Made by a program: the position numbers and the translations under genes. This document shows positions 57,224 through 64,000 of a stretch of 64,000 bases of DNA, piece by piece. The stretch's first letter is position 1. Every line of letters starts with the position of its first letter. The stretch lies in sequence record SRR20825006_194. The stretch is one strand, 5' to 3'. A model generated the notes under the pieces. The model saw only the letters and a list, made by a program, of their open reading frames with translations, was not told the DNA's origin and made no database searches.

Positions 57224-57478
57224 ATGAATCAACTTGCAGACCAAAGCGAGCGGTTTAAGCAATTACTAGATGAAATTGGAGAAGAGGTTTCTGGCTTACG
57301 CCAGGAAATCAAGGAATTGAAACGCGAAAACAGCAAGCTCAAAACTAAATTAGAAGAAGCTAGAGATAAGCAGACAGACATATTTTCTGCTATTAACGAA
57401 TCCGAAAGGCTGGCACTACGCCAACATGTACAAGGGTTGGTTAAGAAAATTGATCACCATTTAAGTTCTGAGTCATGA
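57224..57478 (+). CDS. Coiled-coil protein, ZapB-like
   Basis: Heptad-rich 84 aa, located between pheT and zapA. Confidence 0.6.
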   Translation: MNQLADQSERFKQLLDEIGEEVSGLRQEIKELKRENSKLKTKLEEARDKQTDIFSAINESERLALRQHVQGLVKKIDHHLSSES

Positions 57479-57771
57479 AATCGATTAAAATTACAATTCT
57501 CGGTAGGCCCTACCCTATCAAAGTTGAAGAGCATGATGAAGAGAATATGATTCGAATTGCTAAATTTGTAGACGATCGTTTCAGAAAGCTTAAAGAAGAA
57601 CTAGTGAAGCAACCAGAGTCTACTATCATGTCTTTAGCAGCTCTAACTATCGCTGAAGAACTCTTCTCAGCTCGAAGTAAAAGCTCCGAATCTGAAAATG
57701 ATGAAGCACAGTTAATGACTCGTGTAAATGCGAGCTTAGAGCGCTTGCTAGAATCTATAAAAGAAGGTTAA
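57475..57771 (+). CDS. zapA: Cell division protein ZapA
   Basis: IKITILGRPYPI.....EE.....A.FVD......LAALTIAEEL pattern. Confidence 0.85.
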   Translation: MKSIKITILGRPYPIKVEEHDEENMIRIAKFVDDRFRKLKEELVKQPESTIMSLAALTIAEELFSARSKSSESENDEAQLMTRVNASLERLLESIKEG

Positions 57772-57776
57772 TCCTA

Positions 57777-58595
57777 ATGGCTGAAACTATCAGTGTTCTC
57801 TTTGTCGGCGATATTGTTGGCTCACCAGGTGTTACTCTTATGCAAACTGTTCTTCCAAGTCTTATAAAAAGATATGACGCTCAGTTTGTTATTGCCAATG
57901 GTGAAAATTCGCATGAAGGTCATGGAATTAATGATTCCATTATAAAGAATCTGCATAGCATTGGTGTAAATGTAATTACTGGTGGTGATCATTCTTTCGA
58001 CAAATGGAAAGTGTTTCCTTATATGAGAGATAACAACACCATTTTACGTCCACTAAACTACCCTAGAGGTAACGCAGGTTATGGATATAGTATTTACAAT
58101 ATTCCAGGAACTTCTCATAAAATAGGTGTTCTTAACCTTCAGGGAAGAACATTTATGAAACCCATTGATGATCCGTTTTCGGCGGCTGACTGGGCGCTTT
58201 CCAAAATCAAAGAAGAAACAAATATCGTTTTTATTGATTTCCACGCAGAAGCTACGGCCGAAAAAATTTCTTTAGCTTGGCATGTTGATGGAAGAGCTTC
58301 AGTTTTAGTGGGAACTCACACTCATATCCCTACTGGCGACACACGGATTTTCCCAAATGGACTAGGTTACCAAACCGATGCCGGAATGACGGGATCTTTC
58401 AACTCCTCTCTAGGAATGGACAAGAAAGTAGCTATAAAACGATTTACTACGGGAGTACACCAGAAATATCAATTAGCTGAGGGCGACAATCACCTTTGCG
58501 GAGTGTTTGCAAAAATTGATACAGCAACTGGTAAATGTGTTCACATAGAACAAGTTACTTACCCTGAGTTTTATTCAAGTACCGAAGTAGAATGA
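57777..58595 (+). CDS. ymdB: YmdB-like metallophosphoesterase
   Basis: LFVGDIVGSPG, ANGEN, RPLNYP, NLQGRTFM, IDFHAEATAEK, VGTHTH.PT.D, TDAGMTG. Confidence 0.92.
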   Translation: MAETISVLFVGDIVGSPGVTLMQTVLPSLIKRYDAQFVIANGENSHEGHGINDSIIKNLHSIGVNVITGGDHSFDKWKVFPYMRDNNTILRPLNYPRGNAGYGYSIYNIPGTSHKIGVLNLQGRTFMKPIDDPFSAADWALSKIKEETNIVFIDFHAEATAEKISLAWHVDGRASVLVGTHTHIPTGDTRIFPNGLGYQTDAGMTGSFNSSLGMDKKVAIKRFTTGVHQKYQLAEGDNHLCGVFAKIDTATGKCVHIEQVTYPEFYSSTEVE

Positions 58596-59272
58596 AATCC
58601 TCTTTACTTACTGCAGAAAATATTTTTAAAAGTTACGAAGATCAAGATGGTGGTGCACCACTAGAAGTTCTTCATGATGTTAGCCTCGATGTAAAAGAGG
58701 GAACCATCACATCCATAGTTGGCTCAAGTGGCAGTGGCAAAAGCACATTGCTACATATTCTTGGTGGATTAGATAAACCTGATAAAGGTAAAATTTTATG
58801 GGGTAATAAAGATCTTGGCTTATTAAGTGCCGATGCACTCGCTGATTTTAGAAATAAATACTTGGGTTTTGTTTTTCAATTTCATCATTTGCTTCCCGAA
58901 TTTACAGCGATTGAAAATGTTTGTATGCCCGCTCTAATTGCAGGCGTTTCGTTCTCAGAAGCTTCAAAAAAAGCGTACCCAATTATGAGCAGGCTTGGTG
59001 TTGCTAATAGAAAAGAACATCGCCCCACTCAACTTTCTGGTGGCGAACAGCAGCGAGTAGCGATGGCACGGGCACTCATGAATAATCCAAAACTTATTCT
59101 GGCCGACGAACCCACAGGGAATTTGGACGAAACCAACACCGATATCATCTTAAATATGCTCTTTGAACTTCGTGATGAGTTCGGAGTAGCTATTTTACTT
59201 ATAACACACGAAAACAATATTGCCAAAAAATCTGATGTAATTCTTGAGATAAAAAAAGGTACCATCAGTTAA
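58592..59272 (+). CDS. lolD: LolD-like ABC ATP-binding protein
   Basis: GSSGSGKSTLLHILGGLD, GFVFQFHHLLPEFTA.ENV, LSGGEQQRVA, LADEPTGNLD. Confidence 0.85.
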   Translation: MKSSLLTAENIFKSYEDQDGGAPLEVLHDVSLDVKEGTITSIVGSSGSGKSTLLHILGGLDKPDKGKILWGNKDLGLLSADALADFRNKYLGFVFQFHHLLPEFTAIENVCMPALIAGVSFSEASKKAYPIMSRLGVANRKEHRPTQLSGGEQQRVAMARALMNNPKLILADEPTGNLDETNTDIILNMLFELRDEFGVAILLITHENNIAKKSDVILEIKKGTIS

Positions 59273-59350
59273 CTATTTATATTTTGGTAAAAGTTTAAAC
59301 TGTCCTATTTTCAAGGGCTAAAATAATCTCTTTATAACTACCTAGAAACT

Positions 59351-60037
59351 ATGTCTAAACATAATACTAAAGAAGAATTGGAACATGATGCACTTGTTGA
59401 TTTCATCAATAAGTCGCTAACTTTCTTCAACGCTAATAAAACCACAATCCTTTCTGTTGGAGTAACTGTAATTGTGGTTGTTGCTGTGCTATTCGGCTAT
59501 AATTATCATTCTTCAAACCAAGAGTCTAAAGCTCAAATCTTGCTTGCTGACGCAGAAAGGTTCTATAGTGAAGGTGATTTTCAAACAGCATTAACTGGTG
59601 ACAATGCTACTTTTACACTTGGTTTTACAGAAATTGCTGAAAGCTATGCAGGAACTAATGCTGGCAATCTTGCGACTTACTATGCAGCTGTATCTAATTA
59701 CAAATTGGATAAGAATGAAGATGCTTTGTCTTACATACAGAATTACAAACACGTTGAAGGTATTCTTGGTGTAGGCTCTCTTTCTTTTGAAGGTGCGTTA
59801 CTTGAATTAAACGGTAGTTTCGACCAAGCCGCTCAGATTTATGAAAAAGCTGCTTCTTGGGATGTTAATGATTCAACAACTCCTTTCAATCTTTTTAAAG
59901 CTGCACAAGCTTACAAAAAAGCAGGTAACCTTGATAAAACAACGGCACTAGCTTCAAAAATTATCCTGGATTATCCTAATAGCCCTGAGTTTGTTGAAAG
60001 TGAGCGTTTAAAAGGTCAATTAGCTGTTTCTAAATAA
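59351..60037 (+). CDS. Membrane-anchored TPR protein (YfgM-like)
   Basis: Single TM segment then TPR-like helices (YAGTNAGNLA.YYAA, YEKAA, P..LFKAA). Confidence 0.7.
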   Translation: MSKHNTKEELEHDALVDFINKSLTFFNANKTTILSVGVTVIVVVAVLFGYNYHSSNQESKAQILLADAERFYSEGDFQTALTGDNATFTLGFTEIAESYAGTNAGNLATYYAAVSNYKLDKNEDALSYIQNYKHVEGILGVGSLSFEGALLELNGSFDQAAQIYEKAASWDVNDSTTPFNLFKAAQAYKKAGNLDKTTALASKIILDYPNSPEFVESERLKGQLAVSK

Positions 60038-60060
60038 TTTAATGGCTTTTATTTATTTTT

Positions 60061-60087
60061 AAAAGGCTCCACTTCGGAGCCTTTTTT
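60061..60087 (+). terminator. Rho-independent terminator
   Basis: AAAAGGCTCC-ACTTC-GGAGCCTTTTTT. Confidence 0.88.
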
Positions 60088-60176
60088 ATTTCTACTCGTC
60101 TCAATTATTTAATTGCATCATCGCTCCGTTTTTGTACATTCCAATCTGTATTTAATAAAACAAATAGATTAAAGCG

Positions 60177-61514
60177 ATGAGTGAGTCTAAAAATTTTCGT
60201 CCTGCGTTTATAGTAGTTACTAGTCTTTTCTTCATGTGGGGCTTTATTACTGTATTAGTTGATGCCCTAATCCCACGACTTAAAGATGTTTTTGAGCTCT
60301 CTTATTTTGAAGCTGGAATTGTACAATTTGCTTTTTTCACCGCTTATGCTGTTTTCTCCATTCCTGGTGGAGCTTTAATCTCTCGTATTGGATACAAAAA
60401 AGGTGCCGTTGTTGGGCTTTTAACTATGGGAGCCGCTTGTCTGTTATTTTTCCCTGCTGCATCCTATAGAGTTTTTGGATTATTCTTATTAGCTATGTTT
60501 GTACTTGCAGGAGGTATAACGATTCTTCAGGTTGCAGCTAATCCCTATGTCGCGGCCTTAGGCGCTCCTCAAACGGCTTCAAGCAGACTTAACCTAGCTC
60601 AGGCTTTTAACTCCTTAGGAACCACAATTGCACCTTTAGTTAGTGCAGCATTTATTCTAAGTAGTAACGTAGCTTCATCTGTAGAGATTGGTGCTATGAC
60701 TGATATGGCTAAACAAGCATATTATGAATCCGAAGCTTCCGCTGTACAAGGACCTTTTCTGATTTTAGCTTCAGTATTAATTGTTTTAGCACTAGCGTTT
60801 GCTTCATTTAAGCTTCCTAGTATTTTGGAAGGTGATGATCATAAACATGGCAGCTATAAAGTTGCAACAAAAACTAAACATTTGATGTTTGGAGCCATTG
60901 GCATCTTTGTTTATGTAGGCGCAGAAGTTGCTATTGGTAGTTATCTAGTTAACTATTTCCTAAACTTAGATATACAGAGCTTAGTTGGAAACAGTGATAC
61001 GATGTCGGGAGTTGCATCCGTTCTTTCTTCCATTTTCTCGAGCATAGAATTAGCCGATATGACAGCTGGTCAACTTGCTGGTACCTTTGTATTCTTTTAT
61101 TGGTTTGGAGCTATGGTTGGTCGATTTATTGGCTCAGCACTCCTTCAAAAAGTTAACGCGGGAAACTTATTAGCAGTTTATGCAGCTGTAAACATTCTAT
61201 TATTGAGCATCAGCATGTTTTCAACAGGATATACAGCGATGTGGTCGATATTGGTTGTTGGTTTATTCAATTCCATCATGTTTCCTAACATCTTCACATT
61301 GGCAATTAGCAACATGAAAGAACACACTGCCCAAGCTTCAGGAATTTTATGTACCGCAATTGTGGGAGGAGCATTTATTCCTCCTTTGTATGGAAAGTTA
61401 GCGGATATGTTTGGACTTCAAATGGCATTAATACTTCCAGCTCTTTGCTATGCGTACATCCTATGGTATGGGAAAAAAGGTTCTCAAATTGAAACAGTGG
61501 CTATTAGCAACTAA
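60177..61514 (+). CDS. GluP/FucP-family sugar MFS transporter
   Basis: LFFMWGF, QFAFF.AY, LQVAANPYV, RLNLAQAFNSLGT, YVGAEV, SIMFP.IF.LA. Confidence 0.9.
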   Translation: MSESKNFRPAFIVVTSLFFMWGFITVLVDALIPRLKDVFELSYFEAGIVQFAFFTAYAVFSIPGGALISRIGYKKGAVVGLLTMGAACLLFFPAASYRVFGLFLLAMFVLAGGITILQVAANPYVAALGAPQTASSRLNLAQAFNSLGTTIAPLVSAAFILSSNVASSVEIGAMTDMAKQAYYESEASAVQGPFLILASVLIVLALAFASFKLPSILEGDDHKHGSYKVATKTKHLMFGAIGIFVYVGAEVAIGSYLVNYFLNLDIQSLVGNSDTMSGVASVLSSIFSSIELADMTAGQLAGTFVFFYWFGAMVGRFIGSALLQKVNAGNLLAVYAAVNILLLSISMFSTGYTAMWSILVVGLFNSIMFPNIFTLAISNMKEHTAQASGILCTAIVGGAFIPPLYGKLADMFGLQMALILPALCYAYILWYGKKGSQIETVAISN

Positions 61515-61516
61515 TT

Positions 61517-62611
61517 CTATTTCAACTGTTGGATTGCAAAATAGTAGGCGCCTTTAGAGATGGCATTATTAGTTCCCAATTTGGATAACCCAATGGGTGT
61601 TTTCTTTTCTTTATGGTAAAGTACTTTTTTTGTGCTATTGGGAACCGAAATTAATTCTTCTGAGGAATTGAGAAACTGTTTTAGATCCCACTCATTTTCA
61701 AGATTATACACTTTTTGAATCAGTCTCTTTATTCTTGATCCATTTAAAGTGTTATAAAAACCATTCAGTTCATCCAACATAGTTCTGGAAAAAAGTGGAT
61801 ATGCGCCACTAACGCCACCGCCGATTACAACTACGCCATCAATTAATGTAAGAATATGAGCGATCGCATCGCCAAGTGCATCGCCATATCTCAAGAAGGT
61901 TTCAATGGCAGCGGGTTGAACCCCTTCTTTCTTTCCTGTTGCAATATCAAATATTTCGTTCGGTTGAGGTGCTTGAGCCGGATCCATTGCAATCTGTTCA
62001 GCATAGATTCTTCTAACGGCTTTTATGCTCACTGTATCTTCTATAAAACTATACGAATATTGCTTATTCCGAAGCAACCAACCTTCTGCTGCTGCATTAT
62101 TATCACCAACTATCAGATTCCTGTTAATTGAAATTCCGACTCCAAAACCTGTTCCAAGGGTAATACCGATTAAGTTTTTATACTTTCTTTCGAATCCTTC
62201 TTTCTCTAACAATCCATTTACAAAAGGTAAAAATCCTGATTCACTTTCGCCTAGAGCAAATAAATCGCCGTCGTTATTAATATAAACTGGAATTTTGAAA
62301 TGCTCTTCCAAAAATGGACCTAAGGCAACACCACCTCTAAAAGCTGGCAAATTTGGAAGGTCTCCAATAATTCCATTTTTATAATCGGCAGGGCCAGGAA
62401 ATGCAAAACTAATCGCTTTTGGAGCATCCATTAACGATGACCTAAGCTGTTCAAAACCATTCTTAATTGTTTCTAGGCACTTCTCGAGATTCACACTTTC
62501 AGCAGGAATCACAATAGCTTCTCCTATTTGATCTCCATTTTGCATCGCAGAAAAACAAAAATTTGTTCCACCTGCATCAAGCGTTAGTATAATTGGAGAT
62601 TCGTCTTTCAT
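61517..62611 (-). CDS. ROK-family sugar kinase
   Basis: LTLDAGGT, FAFPGPADY..GI, INNDGDLFALGE, GITLGTGFG, VVIGGG. Confidence 0.85.
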   Translation of the reverse strand: MKDESPIILTLDAGGTNFCFSAMQNGDQIGEAIVIPAESVNLEKCLETIKNGFEQLRSSLMDAPKAISFAFPGPADYKNGIIGDLPNLPAFRGGVALGPFLEEHFKIPVYINNDGDLFALGESESGFLPFVNGLLEKEGFERKYKNLIGITLGTGFGVGISINRNLIVGDNNAAAEGWLLRNKQYSYSFIEDTVSIKAVRRIYAEQIAMDPAQAPQPNEIFDIATGKKEGVQPAAIETFLRYGDALGDAIAHILTLIDGVVVIGGGVSGAYPLFSRTMLDELNGFYNTLNGSRIKRLIQKVYNLENEWDLKQFLNSSEELISVPNSTKKVLYHKEKKTPIGLSKLGTNNAISKGAYYFAIQQLK

Positions 62612-62616
62612 TAGCT

Positions 62617-63825
62617 TTATTCTGCTATAAGGTTATCAACTATAGCGTTCAATTTTTCATCAAAGTCTACATAATATTCTCCAGTAGCTGGACCTGTAAA
62701 AAAGCTGTAAACATAGCGTGCATAGCCTGACTTATCAACCACAATTAAGGTTGGGAAAGCAGCAATTCTATCCATAAACGGGAAGGCTTTTGCCGCTTCT
62801 GCTTTGCTTAATTTCCCACCAAGAATGACATCGTACTCAATCTCTAATTTGTCTTTGTATTCTGCTATTCGGCGCTCACCATATTCCTGAGAATAATTGG
62901 CTTCATGGTTTACAGCAAGAACTGCGACTTCTCGCTCTTTATTCTTTGCATACCAATCGATTAGATACTTAGTTTGATCCCAACTATTTGGGCACCATGT
63001 TCCAAACATCTGAATTAAAAGCACTTTGCCTTCGTAATCTTCTCTTTTAATACTTGGCTGACCATCTGCGCTAAGCTTCTGGAAATCAGGACGAACTTCA
63101 TTCTTTCCAAGAGTAACTATTTTTAATGGGTCTTTAATTTTAGCATCTGGATTGTATTTCCCTTCCCACTTCTCTGAATAACCATTACCAAAAACCATTT
63201 CGCCTTCCCATTTATCGTTGCTAAGCTTTGCTTTTATTAAGAAAGCATGGGCGCCATCAAAAGAAGAAAGTATCATTTCATTTCCCTCAATTACACCTTC
63301 GAAAAAACGTAAATCACTTGTTTCTGTAATAATTGTACCAGAAATTTTATTTCCATCTTGCTCAAAAAGTCCCAGCGCTGGGTATGCATTATTTTGCCCT
63401 GGCTTGAATGTAATCTCCCACTTTGGCTCAACCTGCTCTAGCATTGTACTACCTTTTAATGCGAACCTTGGCTTACCATAATCAGCTTTAAAATTAGCGC
63501 CACCTTTTTGGTAATGCTTAGTCATTTTACCAATCAGTTTATCCCCTTCAATTTTGGCCTTTATTGTAATATCAAAAGCAAAAACGCGAAAAATCAGGCT
63601 ATCTCCTTCTATTTTCGTATCCGTAATCTCCGCTCTATCTTTTCCATTAACTATGGTGATTATAGGCTTAGAAATATCATCTTTGTAGTTCACTTCAAAG
63701 ATAAATGGCACTTCCTCTGTATCATATACAATTGCGCCTCTCCAATCTCCTTCTTTTAAAGTTTGAGCGGCAAGGTTTGCTCCAAAAAGCAGGATTAACA
63801 TGAACGTTGTAATAATAATTTTCAT
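62617..63825 (-). CDS. TlpA/peroxiredoxin-like thioredoxin-fold secreted protein
   Basis: Signal peptide; N-terminal beta domains; GKVLLIQMFGTWCPNS (CxxS) and AFPTLIVVDKSG. Confidence 0.75.
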   Translation of the reverse strand: MKIIITTFMLILLFGANLAAQTLKEGDWRGAIVYDTEEVPFIFEVNYKDDISKPIITIVNGKDRAEITDTKIEGDSLIFRVFAFDITIKAKIEGDKLIGKMTKHYQKGGANFKADYGKPRFALKGSTMLEQVEPKWEITFKPGQNNAYPALGLFEQDGNKISGTIITETSDLRFFEGVIEGNEMILSSFDGAHAFLIKAKLSNDKWEGEMVFGNGYSEKWEGKYNPDAKIKDPLKIVTLGKNEVRPDFQKLSADGQPSIKREDYEGKVLLIQMFGTWCPNSWDQTKYLIDWYAKNKEREVAVLAVNHEANYSQEYGERRIAEYKDKLEIEYDVILGGKLSKAEAAKAFPFMDRIAAFPTLIVVDKSGYARYVYSFFTGPATGEYYVDFDEKLNAIVDNLIAE

Positions 63826-64000
63826 AGGATTTAATAAAGGTTACGAGTCAATGCCGGAGTATAAATTCCACATTGAAGCTATACTATTCATTTAAAATTT
63901 CTATTTATTCTTTTCTTCGATCCATTTACTCATAAATCTAGTACTCGCTAATGAATGATGTAAAAGCATTGCTCCCATAAAGTTATTAGCTCGATGGCTT

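Noticed and set aside
1083-63759. Numerous 60-125 aa ORFs nested in or antisense to the main genes (e.g. 7316-7600, 25765-26217, 35644-36003, 39992-40363, 51654-52004, 52704-53015)
   Set aside because: They lie within well-supported genes, mostly on the opposite strand, lack motifs, and are expected by chance.
1-64000. CRISPR arrays, defence systems, prophage or IS elements
   Set aside because: No regularly spaced repeats, cas, restriction, toxin-antitoxin, phage or transposase genes were recognised.

Overview
AT-rich bacterial chromosome segment, most likely from a Balneolota/Rhodothermota-type FCB bacterium. This is an inference from T9SS C-terminal domains of the NYPNPFNP type, TAnnTTTG promoter elements alongside Shine-Dalgarno sites, and gene content. 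The left part (1-17.8 kb) holds tRNA-Ser, tonB-plsC-murQ-accC, lacI-purC, a GlxA-type regulator with a divergent SRPBCC/VOC/DoxX/DUF1801 cluster, ychF/nusB, tRNA-Val and two secreted proteins of unknown function. The centre (17.95-47.98 kb) is a ~30 kb glycan-utilisation locus for a uronic acid/hexosamine substrate. It contains uxuAB, TRAP, DUF4861, kduD, an IolB-type isomerase, eda, kdgK, a GntR-LacI regulator, SSS and NRAMP-like transporters, GH105, GH20, GH2 beta-glucuronidase, a PhyH dioxygenase, a NagB-like protein, a TIM-barrel isomerase, an unknown 848-aa lipoprotein, and a non-SusC TonB receptor paired with a T9SS beta-helix protein. I could not recognise SusD, uxaC, canonical kduI, a polysaccharide lyase or a sulfatase in it, so the unknown genes are candidates for those roles. 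A shared 9-bp tandem repeat (best unit YTAGGTATA) and a LacI-type palindrome (GAAGCGCTTC) mark the locus promoters. The right part holds a PAS kinase, thrS-infC (AUC start)-rpmI-rplT-pheST-zapB/zapA-ymdB-lolD, a TPR protein, a GluP-type MFS, a ROK kinase and a TlpA-like protein. No CRISPR array, integrase, transposase or rRNA was seen. All functional calls come from motif recognition by eye; no database searches were run.
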